Assembly: GCA_051532055.1 (NCBI GenBank)
Contig: JAOPTX010000010.1
Location: forward strand, 32,001 to 96,000
DNA length: 64,000 nt
Reading direction: 5' to 3'
From: Fibrobacterales bacterium
GTDB lineage: Bacteria; Fibrobacterota; Fibrobacteria; Fibrobacterales; JAOPTW01
Shown here: positions 48,937 through 58,122 of the stretch, piece after piece
Layout: each line of letters opens with the position of its first letter
Position numbering within the stretch: position 1 is the stretch's first letter
The notes under the pieces: model-generated
Database searches by the model: none
Seen by the model: the letters and a program-made list of their open reading frames with translations, nothing else
Told to the model about the DNA's origin: nothing
Position numbers and translations under genes: made by a program

Positions 48937-50973
48937 TTAGGCTTTTAAATCTATGCCATCCCAACCAACAGGTTTTTGAGGTGGGGCCGAAGGCTCAGCG
49001 GCCCTATCTTTGCCAGCGAGAAGCCCATAGCGAAGTTGTTCAAGGTTCCAGCCAAGTACCTGAAACTCTTTGGCTAGGTCAGCTCTTTCAGAATCAACAA
49101 TGGAGCCGTGGGTACCATGAGAGTCAAGCAGCATAATATCCACGTTATCAGAGTCAAGATGGAAATTGATGCTCACATCACCGAGATTTGGTGTTTGTGT
49201 TTCAAGTACAAAACCAATGGGCCCTTCTTTGGGGGAGCCTGATTGATCTTTTTCTCGATCATCTTTAACAGTAATACGACCTTTTTGGAGGTTTTGGTTG
49301 TGCATCCAGTAGAGGCTTTGTTGGTTGTTTTGCTCTTGTGTTTGTTGTTCAAAGAGGTTGGTTTGGACATGGTCAATGAGCGTGCGAAGGACAGTACTTT
49401 CTCGCATGGTATCACTACTCTCATGTAGAGTCTGTAAGAGGGTAAGTGTTTCAAATGCTGATAAAGGCTTATTGGGAAACACCCCTTGGAGCTGTTGAAG
49501 AAGCTTGGGGTTGTTTGGGGGGACGAGGTTGCGGTCGACAGATTTAAACCCATCATACTGCAGTACTCGCTCAATTTCTTTAGGTGAGGGGAGTTCTAAA
49601 TTGTTGGCAAGAAGGAGTTTGAAAAGGAGTTCTTCTTGGGTGGGTTTGAGGTTTTCGCCATGCGACAACATTGTTTCGGCAGTGTAAAAGAGATTCGACA
49701 CCGCTTGAACCGTTTGTGGTGCCGCTTTTTGAAAGAGCTCTTGATACTGGTTTAAAAAACCTATGGTCTCGATAACTCGAGGAGTTGGTGAGACCTTTTG
49801 CAAAAATGGGGGTGTTTTTGTTGAGTGCCGCATGATCTCAGATGATACGAGTTGCGATGAGTTCTTCTCGAGAGAAGTCTTGGGGGGGGCGGATTTCAAG
49901 AGCCTATCAATTTCGAGCTCCGCCTGTTTTGGGTTGTTTTTAGCGCTGTACAACTTGAGGAGCTGTTCAATAGGGGTTGTAGTATTTGAAAATAGTTTCA
50001 GTGTTTGAGGAGAGGCTTCAGCAGTTGCAGGGTGGATATAGATCCCCTGTTTCGTCGGTGCTTGAGTGGTTGTGGGGCTCTCTTTCTTGTCTACGAGCTC
50101 AAAGAGGAATGATTCACCGGGTTTGAGGCCGAGTTCTTTGGGGAGGATCAGTTGCCGCCCTTCAACGACAATAGAGGTGCTCCCTTTTTCTCGAGACACA
50201 ACATGGCCAAGAAGAAAGGGTGACTGTGTTTTTTCAATTTGGGTAGAAAGGAGTTGCGCTTGCTTCGCGGTAAGGGGGGTTGCAAGTCTTTGTTTAAACT
50301 CAAGTGCTATATCTGATACTTGGGGGAGATTTAATTTTTGATTTGAAAAAGCCGTTGCATCGAGGAGTTGTTGCACAACGGTATTTCCAAATTTTGTCGT
50401 TGGAGTATAGGTTGTAGAAGAAGGTGATTTTATAAAGGAGTGGAGGAGTGTTGTGGCTTCGCGAGCGGCACTAAAATCATTGACGCTGAGGTGGTTAAGG
50501 AGGCGAATTGCCATTTTGTCAGCTTGATGGAGTGTAGAATTTGCGGGTACAACTCGTAAGAGTTCATTTGAAATGAGTTGTTTGATTTTTTTTTCGAGCA
50601 GGTTGAGTTCATCAACCGGCGAGTTGGCAAGTTCTTGAAGAAGTCTTCGAATCTGTTCTCTTATTTTTACATCACTTTCAAGGTCGTGGAGTTTTTCAAA
50701 GATGGTTCCGAGTGTCTCAATAGATTGGGTACTGAGGTTGCCGGCAAAAATAGGCTTTTTTAAAATGTCTTGAATACTTGCAAGTAATTTTGCTTCGACA
50801 GAATCTTGTTTACTTTGTTGCTGCTGCCCGGACTGTTGTTGGTGTTTTTTATGCTCTTCATTGTCGATAAGGTGTTTTTCCACCTCAGAGTGTGTAGTGG
50901 CTGCTTCGGGAGCATCCACGCGGTGAGCTTTGGGTGGGCGAATAGGGTCGTGATAGTCAAGATGAATATTCAT
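48937..50973 (-). CDS. Flagellar hook-length control FliK-like protein
   Basis: Long low-complexity Q/P/T/L-rich body. C-terminal LETQTPNLGDVSINFHL...LAKEFQVLGW...GIDLKA fits a FliK_C-type domain. Confidence 0.55.
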   Translation of the reverse strand: MNIHLDYHDPIRPPKAHRVDAPEAATTHSEVEKHLIDNEEHKKHQQQSGQQQQSKQDSVEAKLLASIQDILKKPIFAGNLSTQSIETLGTIFEKLHDLESDVKIREQIRRLLQELANSPVDELNLLEKKIKQLISNELLRVVPANSTLHQADKMAIRLLNHLSVNDFSAAREATTLLHSFIKSPSSTTYTPTTKFGNTVVQQLLDATAFSNQKLNLPQVSDIALEFKQRLATPLTAKQAQLLSTQIEKTQSPFLLGHVVSREKGSTSIVVEGRQLILPKELGLKPGESFLFELVDKKESPTTTQAPTKQGIYIHPATAEASPQTLKLFSNTTTPIEQLLKLYSAKNNPKQAELEIDRLLKSAPPKTSLEKNSSQLVSSEIMRHSTKTPPFLQKVSPTPRVIETIGFLNQYQELFQKAAPQTVQAVSNLFYTAETMLSHGENLKPTQEELLFKLLLANNLELPSPKEIERVLQYDGFKSVDRNLVPPNNPKLLQQLQGVFPNKPLSAFETLTLLQTLHESSDTMRESTVLRTLIDHVQTNLFEQQTQEQNNQQSLYWMHNQNLQKGRITVKDDREKDQSGSPKEGPIGFVLETQTPNLGDVSINFHLDSDNVDIMLLDSHGTHGSIVDSERADLAKEFQVLGWNLEQLRYGLLAGKDRAAEPSAPPQKPVGWDGIDLKA

Positions 50974-51072
50974 GTGAGTAACCCTGGGTAAGTCGGTGAG
51001 CCGTTACAAATGAGGTGGATTCTCTTGCAAAGAAAACGGAGAGTGGCTCCCGGTTTTCAGTGCTCGTTGCAT

Positions 51073-52044
51073 CTACTCTTCTCGTTGCATGCGGATAATA
51101 AGATCAACCTGATCTTGGCTAATGCGAAGGCGACGTGCAATTTCTGATGAGGTATATCCACGACGCGCAAGCTTAATGACATCAGCATTGATCTGGGCTT
51201 CTTTTTCAAACACTTCTTCTTTGGTCTCAGACTCATCATCGACTAAAGGGGGTACAAAAGGAGTCTCGGGAGAAATGATTTCTATTTTACCAGAATCAGT
51301 CTCTTTTTGCACAATACTTTCGGTAGGTGGTATCACCGGAACAGCTTCGGTCTCGGTAAATGTATTGCTCGACACCCTTACTCGAGGCTTTTCAGCTCTA
51401 TCGCGTGCTACGCCTTGGGGCGCCTCTTGGTCAGTAGTTACCCCCGCGCTCTTTTCAGCTTTTTTCTCTTCCAAACTTTTGTTGAGTGTTTTCAGCATCA
51501 TACTGATACTCTCTTTGGGCCGTTGTTTGGTATTGGCTTGTTCTATGGCATTATCAAATCGCTGAGCAAGTGAAGGTTTGGGGTCTTGAGGGAGTACCGG
51601 TTCTGGTTTTTTTCGACGAATCAGATAGATAACCACTGCTATAAGTAAGATTAGGATTCCAATGGGGATTGCGAGGGCTGTCAAAATGGTAGAAGAAAGT
51701 GATTCAACTGATTGTTCTGAATTTGATTCAGTGTCTATTGATTCGCCTGCTAGTTTTGAGCGAATGGTCTCAATTTTGGTGCGATAATATTTTTGTCGTT
51801 CTTGATCAAGAAGCTTTATTTTAGAGTCTGTCTCATTACGAATCTTAAAATCGAGAGTATTGAGGGAGTCAATATACGTGTGGTACTTCTCTTCTTGCTC
51901 TTTGAGTGCATGATTACTGCCAAAAAGTGATTGAATTGGGAGTGTATTAGGAGAAAAGAGAGCAAAACCTTCAATAACTGCAATAGTGCCAATGGCCATT
52001 GCTGCAATAATGATAATTATTTTGGTTAGTTTGTTTTTATTCAT
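51073..52044 (-). CDS. Membrane protein with C-terminal HTH (DUF2802/DUF6115-like)
   Basis: Two TMs, a disordered linker and terminal VIKLARRGYTSSEIARRLRISQDQVDLII. Confidence 0.55.
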   Translation of the reverse strand: MNKNKLTKIIIIIAAMAIGTIAVIEGFALFSPNTLPIQSLFGSNHALKEQEEKYHTYIDSLNTLDFKIRNETDSKIKLLDQERQKYYRTKIETIRSKLAGESIDTESNSEQSVESLSSTILTALAIPIGILILLIAVVIYLIRRKKPEPVLPQDPKPSLAQRFDNAIEQANTKQRPKESISMMLKTLNKSLEEKKAEKSAGVTTDQEAPQGVARDRAEKPRVRVSSNTFTETEAVPVIPPTESIVQKETDSGKIEIISPETPFVPPLVDDESETKEEVFEKEAQINADVIKLARRGYTSSEIARRLRISQDQVDLIIRMQREE

Positions 52045-52247
52045 GACTAAAAGTTAAGTATATTTGCTTTTTTTGCGGAAAAAAGTGCAATTATGGCTCA
52101 ATTATTTGTAAAATCGTGATCAAATAACTGTGTGTGTAGTTTGTATACAAAAATTTTACATGAGCCATTGTTAGTCATTGGCAAATAACTCAAATGCAAC
52201 TACATTATTAATAAAGCAGGGGACTCCCCGAACAAAAGGATACTAGT

Positions 52248-52679
52248 ATGAAAAATCAAAAAGGTTTTACGCTCATTGAGCTTATGGTTGTAATTGTCAT
52301 TATCGGGATTCTTGCTGCAATTGCAATTCCAAGTATGTCAGGTGTGAGTGATAAAGCGCGAGCATCTGAGGCCATCAATTCCATTGGTGCATTTGAAAAT
52401 CTTCAGTCAGCATATTCTATTGAAGATCCTAATAATGCAGGGTCGGCAACAAATATTGGGTTTATGGCGCCAACTGGTAGCGATGTCGGTTATAGTACTG
52501 TGACTGCAGGAACTCTTGATGCGTCATTTGTTCCAGCAATAAATAGTTGTGGGCATGCTACTGCTGCTCTTAATAATGGGTGGAAAACTGTTACAACAAC
52601 AGGTACTAATCCATGGGGATTTACTCATACGATTCCAGGTGGAGCAAACTGTTCAAAGTTGACTCCGAATTTTATTTAG
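52248..52679 (+). CDS. Type IVa pilin
   Basis: MKNQKG|FTLIELMVVIVIIGILAAIAIP prepilin motif and a C-terminal Cys pair. Has its own RBS and terminator, consistent with a major pilin. Confidence 0.92.
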   Translation: MKNQKGFTLIELMVVIVIIGILAAIAIPSMSGVSDKARASEAINSIGAFENLQSAYSIEDPNNAGSATNIGFMAPTGSDVGYSTVTAGTLDASFVPAINSCGHATAALNNGWKTVTTTGTNPWGFTHTIPGGANCSKLTPNFI

Positions 52680-52697
52680 TACTTACTGTTCTTATTT

Positions 52698-52726
52698 AAA
52701 AAGCTGCCTATAGGGCAGCTTTTTTT
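52698..52726. terminator. Bidirectional intrinsic terminator
   Basis: AAAAAGCTGCC-tatag-GGCAGCTTTTTTT between convergent genes. Confidence 0.85.
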
Positions 52727-52761
52727 GTTTTTAATACTCAGAAGTTTTTTTCAAGACTTTT

Positions 52762-53511
52762 TTAATCAATATAGGGTATGAAACGCTGATAGGCTTCACT
52801 TAGTGAAATGAGGTCACCCTGTAAAGAAGATATTGTTTCAGCAATTGCAAGAGAATCAATTGGTTTATTAGTTTTCAACAAATTAAGAATATTCGACTTT
52901 ATTCCTTCTTGTAGGGGATATTGAGGGAAGTGTACTAAGTCATACAAATAAATCTGTAAGGCAATAGGGGTCGTACTTCCCTGTGCTTGAAATGTCCGGT
53001 GAATATGACGTATATGAGGCGGAATATCATTGCGTGTTTCAAAGGGCCGCATCACAGAAGCAGCGGCAAGGTAATCTCCTTTTTTTCGTACGAGTCTTAA
53101 GGCATAGAAGAGCTGAACCCGCCAATTGGAGGTGACATTTTCTGCTCCACGTTTAAGTATGGTAAGGTCGAGTGAGTCAGTCCCTTCTTTAAAAACCGTT
53201 CCCGTAAAGAGGTAGGCTGCTTCAAATTGTGGATCGAGCTGGGTAATGAGGTCGACCAGATGAAGTATCCAAACAGACTCTTTGGCAGTGAGAATGTTCT
53301 CCCCAAAATAGAGCATTGCGTCAATCCAAATGAGACCTGCGATGCTGTTTTTGTGTCCCATACTCATAGTTTTAACATAAGCTGTATTGGGGAGGTACTG
53401 GTAATCGCCCTGCTTGGGGCGCGATTCTTGAATATCAGAAATTGTAGGATTAAGGAGATATAACCCGAGGAGTGCTCCAGTGAGACTGAGAATAATACCA
53501 TATTGTTTCAT
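52762..53511 (-). CDS. Pilin-associated membrane-anchored TPR-like protein (deltaproteobacterial PilG/XapA-like)
   Basis: N-terminal TM, YLP...SMGH...AGLIWI..MLYFG, LITQLDPQF..AY, LKRG....NWR. Adjacent to the pilin. Confidence 0.5.
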   Translation of the reverse strand: MKQYGIILSLTGALLGLYLLNPTISDIQESRPKQGDYQYLPNTAYVKTMSMGHKNSIAGLIWIDAMLYFGENILTAKESVWILHLVDLITQLDPQFEAAYLFTGTVFKEGTDSLDLTILKRGAENVTSNWRVQLFYALRLVRKKGDYLAAASVMRPFETRNDIPPHIRHIHRTFQAQGSTTPIALQIYLYDLVHFPQYPLQEGIKSNILNLLKTNKPIDSLAIAETISSLQGDLISLSEAYQRFIPYID

Positions 53512-53626
53512 AATGGCTAATATAGAAAAGGCTGGTAGAAATTCTGAATTCTGATTTCTGAATTTAAAAATTTCTTTTTACTCGGTGCAATTTGTTATTT
53601 TCACAGGTACACTAGAGGAGCAGTAT

Positions 53627-54217
53627 ATGCCATTTGAGCACAGTAAATCAGTAAAACGTCGGTATCACGATGGAGATTTTCATTCTCGTTATTTTGTGGG
53701 GCATGGAATTGATATTGGTGGAAAACCTGACCCTCTCAGCTGCTACGTGGGCATATTTCCATTGATGCATTCGGTCCGAACGTGGGATATTGAGGATGGG
53801 GATGCAAACTATATGCAAGGCGTGGTTGATAACTCTCTGGATTTTGTGGCATCAAGTCATTGCCTTGAACATATGGTTGATCCAAAACTCGCTCTCGCAC
53901 ATTGGATCCGAATTGTAAAGCCGGGTGGGCATCTTATTATTACGATACCCGATGAAGATATGTACGAGGGAGGGGTTTTTCCGAGTCGCTATAATCCCGA
54001 TCATAAATGGACTTTTACCATGCACAAAATAAAGAGTTGGTCTCCCAAGTCAATTAATGTGCTCGAGATGTTGATTGAGTTTTCACCCGTTGTTGAAATT
54101 GAAAAAGTTCAGCAGATAAAAGAATTTTTTAGACCCGAATTTGTCGCCAAAAATATAGATCAGACACTAGCGCCGAATCCTGAGTGTTGCTTAGAATTTA
54201 TCTTGAAGAAACGGTAG
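53627..54217 (+). CDS. Class I SAM-dependent methyltransferase (type 11-like)
   Basis: GAGGAG RBS, GIDIGG, DFVASSHCLEH, WIRIVKPGGHLIITIPD. Confidence 0.82.
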   Translation: MPFEHSKSVKRRYHDGDFHSRYFVGHGIDIGGKPDPLSCYVGIFPLMHSVRTWDIEDGDANYMQGVVDNSLDFVASSHCLEHMVDPKLALAHWIRIVKPGGHLIITIPDEDMYEGGVFPSRYNPDHKWTFTMHKIKSWSPKSINVLEMLIEFSPVVEIEKVQQIKEFFRPEFVAKNIDQTLAPNPECCLEFILKKR

Positions 54218-54304
54218 AGGCAGAAATAACAATAAGAGGCATCGCTCTTCAGCCTGAGTGAGCTTCATTGAACGTGCAAACTGGGGGCTAGGCGTTATGC
54301 TCCA

Positions 54305-56464
54305 TTACTCTTCAAGGAATGCCATAAACTCAGTTTTTTGATCAACAAATTCGCCAAGATTGGTGTTGCGTTTAATAATTCGATTATTGGTAATAGCTCG
54401 TTTGATAGTGCCCATATTAGCGATAAGGAAAATACGCTCTTTGGCTCTGGTTATAGCCGTATAGAGTAGGTTTCGTTGGAGCATCATATAATGAGACGCA
54501 TCGAGAACTACGACAACAACTTTATATTCTGATCCCTGACTTTTGTGGATGGTACTTGCATAGGCAAGAGAAACTTGTTCCATCTCGTTGTACTCGAGTT
54601 TAACCGGTTCATCAAAATCAACTGAGACTGTTTTGTCAGATCGATTAATCCATGAAATATACCCGATGTCTCCATTAAAAATATTTTTGTCGTAATTATT
54701 TTTGAGTTGCATTACTTTGTCCCCTACTCTAAATTCAGTACCTGCAACTTTAACCATGTCACCTTTGGGGTTGAGGCGTGCTTGCAGTGCTTTATTGAGT
54801 TCGAGAGTACCTATTTCTCCTCGGTGCATGGGGGTGAGAACTTGAATGTCTTCAACAGGGTTAAGTTTAAAATGGTTAGGTATTTTTTTTGATACCAAGT
54901 CAACGATGAGGTTCTGAGCCTCTTCTCTTGACTCATAGTCTCGGATATGAAAATTTGTCTGACGTTCAATAACGGGCATGTCACCGCGATTTATAAGTTG
55001 TGCATTTATCGGGATCGCGGACTCTTCTGCCTGACGGAAAATGGTTTCTAGGGATCCTTGTGGTATAGAAACACTGAGAAGTTCTCGTAAAATATTACCG
55101 GGGCCAACGGAGGGGAGTTGGTCTTTGTCGCCTATGAGGATAAGGCGAGTCCCGTTAGGGATAGCGCGTACGAGGGCATACATGAGGTGTGTGTCGATCA
55201 TTGATGCTTCATCGATAATCACCACACCTGTTTTGAGAGGTTCACTTTCGTTGTGAAAAAAACCAGCACTCGGCTCGTATTTGAGGAGTCGGTGAATGGT
55301 TTGGGCGGAGTCACAACAGACCTCACTCATTCTTTTAGCTGCTCGACCTGTAGGGGCTGCTAAGATGTAGCTGATATCTAATTCTTTAAGAAGATGTAAT
55401 ATGCCGAGAAGGGTGGTGGTTTTTCCCGTACCTGGTCCACCAGTGAGTATAAAAAGCTGCTCTTGAACTGCTTTGCAAATAAACTCTTTTTGGGTGTCGC
55501 TATATTTGAGGCCACCATTTTGTTCAAGTTGGGCTAATTTTTTGGTAAGGCGAACTGTTTTGTCTTTTGCTTTTGGAAAGTCAAGAAAGGTGATAACTCT
55601 ATTGGCTATTCCTTTTTCTGCGTCGTACATTTCGGGGAGATAGAGGTGCTCTTCAAAGGTGATCACTTTTTTGGCATCGATAAGATAATCGAGACTAAAA
55701 AGAGTACGCTCTCTAATGTCTTGGCTACCTGTCGGGTCGAGGAGCCGCCAAGTGTCATCGAGGAGTTCTTGTTTGGGAAGGTAGCAGTGGCCGTCTTGCA
55801 TAGCTATTTCTAGGCTGTAGAGTATGCCGGCCCTTATTCTAAAATAGGACTCAGACTCGATCTGTAATTTGCGAGCTATGTCATCGGCCTTTACAAATCC
55901 AATACCCCATACTTCTTCTGCAAGAATATAGGGATTGTCACTTACTCTTTTTTTAGTAGTTGAACCAAACTTTTCGTAAATCCGCATAGCGGTCCCTGTG
56001 GGGACATTTAATTGATAAAGAAAATAGAGCATTTCTTGAGAGGCGATGTTCTCTTCCCAGTCTTCGAGAAACTTAATAGCCTTTTTTTCGTTGATAGTCT
56101 CAACTTCAGAGATTCGTTCAGGATTTTCTTTAAGAAGTTCGAGGGTGTCGAGTCCAAAAACGTCAAAAATGCGTTGTGCAGTTGTGGGGCCGACTCCTCT
56201 GAAAAGTCCAGAACTGAGGTACTTTACAATAGCCTCTTCACCTTGCGGTGGGAGCACTTCGTGATTGGTTGCTTTAAACTGTTTTCCAAATTTGGGATGG
56301 TCTATCCATGAGCCTTCGAAAGCGATAGTTTCGCCAATATGAAGGTGAGGGAAGGAGCCGACAACCACTAAGGTTGCACCAGTATCATCCTCAATGACTT
56401 TGAGAATTGAATATCCGTTATCTTCGTTGCGGAAGGTGATGTTATTGAGTGAACCCTGAATCAT
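54305..56464 (-). CDS. recD2: ATP-dependent RecD2 DNA helicase
   Basis: N-terminal FRNEDNGY...HPKFGKQF, HhH GVGP, TGGPGTGKTT, APTGRAAKR, IDEASM, GDKDQLPSVG, TIHKSQGSE, YTAITRA. Confidence 0.95.
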   Translation of the reverse strand: MIQGSLNNITFRNEDNGYSILKVIEDDTGATLVVVGSFPHLHIGETIAFEGSWIDHPKFGKQFKATNHEVLPPQGEEAIVKYLSSGLFRGVGPTTAQRIFDVFGLDTLELLKENPERISEVETINEKKAIKFLEDWEENIASQEMLYFLYQLNVPTGTAMRIYEKFGSTTKKRVSDNPYILAEEVWGIGFVKADDIARKLQIESESYFRIRAGILYSLEIAMQDGHCYLPKQELLDDTWRLLDPTGSQDIRERTLFSLDYLIDAKKVITFEEHLYLPEMYDAEKGIANRVITFLDFPKAKDKTVRLTKKLAQLEQNGGLKYSDTQKEFICKAVQEQLFILTGGPGTGKTTTLLGILHLLKELDISYILAAPTGRAAKRMSEVCCDSAQTIHRLLKYEPSAGFFHNESEPLKTGVVIIDEASMIDTHLMYALVRAIPNGTRLILIGDKDQLPSVGPGNILRELLSVSIPQGSLETIFRQAEESAIPINAQLINRGDMPVIERQTNFHIRDYESREEAQNLIVDLVSKKIPNHFKLNPVEDIQVLTPMHRGEIGTLELNKALQARLNPKGDMVKVAGTEFRVGDKVMQLKNNYDKNIFNGDIGYISWINRSDKTVSVDFDEPVKLEYNEMEQVSLAYASTIHKSQGSEYKVVVVVLDASHYMMLQRNLLYTAITRAKERIFLIANMGTIKRAITNNRIIKRNTNLGEFVDQKTEFMAFLEE

Positions 56465-56483
56465 GGGAATAAAAATAAAAAAA

Positions 56484-56585
56484 GAAGACCCGTTATATCC
56501 AGAACATTCCTAAAATGGCCCATTGTAGCCAAGAAGATTACTCAGCACGAGTGCACTTTTAGAGATGTACTGAAAAGGGGTCTTC
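56484..56585 (-). ncRNA. Candidate short 6S-like structured RNA
   Basis: Closing stem GAAGACCC/GGGTCTTC, asymmetric bubble, inner stem CAGTACAT..CTAAAA/TTTTAG..ATGTTCTG, two small apical hairpins and a 3' U-run. No ORF. Confidence 0.5.
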
Positions 56586-56615
56586 CTTTTCAAGATTTTT
56601 ATTTAAAAAAAAGGC

Positions 56616-56711
56616 CTATTTACCTTTTTTCTTATGTCTGTCTTTACGACGTCTTTTTTTACGCTTATGCGTAGCAATCTTTTTTCTCTTGCGTTTTTTT
56701 CCAGATGGCAT
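56616..56711 (-). CDS. Small basic ribosomal protein bS22-like (AURKAIP1/COX24/mS38 family), 31 aa
   Basis: Manual translation MPSGKKRKRKKIATHKRKKRRRKDRHKKKGK*, below the ORF-track cutoff. A TTGACA -35 lies upstream on the minus strand. Confidence 0.85.
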   Translation of the reverse strand: MPSGKKRKRKKIATHKRKKRRRKDRHKKKGK

Positions 56712-56848
56712 GTATTTCTCATGTTATTAGTGAATGCGACTAAATTAAGAAATATATTAAGCAATTGTCAACGGATATAGCTTTCATCAGATAATAGAAC
56801 CAAATATTTGCTATTTTTGGGGCTTCTTAAATAATACTTGGAGTTACT

Positions 56849-57631
56849 ATGCATTGGAGAAGGTGGACCCTTTTAGGACTATTTACGCTTTTTTTAGGTT
56901 CAATATTCGCGGATTCGGTCTTAGCAGATGCTGTTTTTGAGGGAGGTCGTGTTGGATATACCCTGATAGCATGGCCTACGATTATAAAAGTACTCGTTAT
57001 TGCTGTTTCTTGTGCTATTACACGAATCGGTTTCAGTAATAAAGTTGGGCTTGTGTTGATTATGCTCTCTTTCGCTGTTTTATACCCTGGGCTTACTGAG
57101 ACAATGCTCACTATTGATATGAGTACTCAAGTTAATGCATCAATTCCCCAATTTAAACAGCAGGTTGCTGATTTTAATGCGACGATAATGAACAAGCAGC
57201 GCTCTATCGTTGGAACGGTGAGTGATCTGTATGAATATGATAAATACTTAGTAGCAACACTCATTCTTATTTTTAGTGCAATAATTCCTATAGCAAAAGG
57301 ATTTATGCTTCTCATCGTTCTTTTTTCTAAAAATGTTAGAGTCGAACGAGGACTCTATAATTTTGTTAAGTCTATTGGGAAATGGTCAATGGCTGATGTG
57401 TTTGTATGTGCTATTTTTCTTGGGTATCTTTCAATGAAAGATCAAGCGCAACAAGTAATGAAAGAGGTGTCGGTCATGTCTATGAAGATGCAGGTGAATA
57501 TCGACCTTCTTTCTGATGCATGGGTTGGCCCAGGCTTTTATTACTTTCTTGTCTATTGTATTGTCTCACTTGCGGCCTTACACTTTATTAAAATATCGCC
57601 AAAACCACAATCGGTAGAAGTACAGCGGTAA
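56849..57631 (+). CDS. Paraquat-inducible protein A (PqiA)-domain membrane protein
   Basis: RSIVGTV..L, LILIFSAIIPIAK, IGKWSMADVFV, GPGFYYFLVYCIVS. Confidence 0.82.
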   Translation: MHWRRWTLLGLFTLFLGSIFADSVLADAVFEGGRVGYTLIAWPTIIKVLVIAVSCAITRIGFSNKVGLVLIMLSFAVLYPGLTETMLTIDMSTQVNASIPQFKQQVADFNATIMNKQRSIVGTVSDLYEYDKYLVATLILIFSAIIPIAKGFMLLIVLFSKNVRVERGLYNFVKSIGKWSMADVFVCAIFLGYLSMKDQAQQVMKEVSVMSMKMQVNIDLLSDAWVGPGFYYFLVYCIVSLAALHFIKISPKPQSVEVQR

Positions 57632-57646
57632 TATCAAGGAGAACGT

Positions 57647-58081
57647 ATGAAATTTGAAGATGAGATTGGGCGTGCAATTGAGTTAATGGCAGAAGAGCAG
57701 CACACTGATGCAGAGACACTCTTTTATGAGATTATTGGAATGATTAAGGCTGAGCTGAGTCATGATACTCATAACAGAGAACTTTTGCATCAATGGGCGA
57801 TTTGTCTTTCTTGTATGGATGAGTATGAGCAAGCACTTCTTAAATATGAGAGAATCGTTTCAATAGATGTTCATGATAAAGATGCCTGGTTTCAAATATG
57901 TTCACTGCTCCTCACTCTTGAACGCCCCCAAGAGGCTGAACATATTCTCGAAGAGAAGCTCATCCCTCTTGATCCAGAGAATGAAGAGTATAAAGAAGCT
58001 CTTGCTACGGCTAAGCTCACGCTTAAAATCGAGCGTGGTGACATCAATCTCGATGCCGAAATTCAAGACGATAGAACGTAA
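57647..58081 (+). CDS. TPR protein
   Basis: AAGGAG RBS and TPR helices (YEQALLKYERIV, LDPENEEY). Confidence 0.7.
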   Translation: MKFEDEIGRAIELMAEEQHTDAETLFYEIIGMIKAELSHDTHNRELLHQWAICLSCMDEYEQALLKYERIVSIDVHDKDAWFQICSLLLTLERPQEAEHILEEKLIPLDPENEEYKEALATAKLTLKIERGDINLDAEIQDDRT

Positions 58082-58122
58082 GTTCATATGAGGGTGTAGA
58101 GCCCTCAATTTCGTATGAGTTA

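Noticed and set aside
52045..52247. sigma54 promoter upstream of the pilin (TTGGCA near 52178)
   Set aside because: No GC at the required GG-N10-GC spacing.
53538..53566. Short heptamer tandem AATTCTG-AATTCTG-ATTTCTG-AATTT
   Set aside because: Only about 3.5 imperfect units in AT-rich DNA, too short to call a functional repeat.
56484..56585. SRP 4.5S RNA as identity of the structured RNA
   Set aside because: The conserved domain IV motif (CAGG...GGAA...AGCAG) is absent on both strands.
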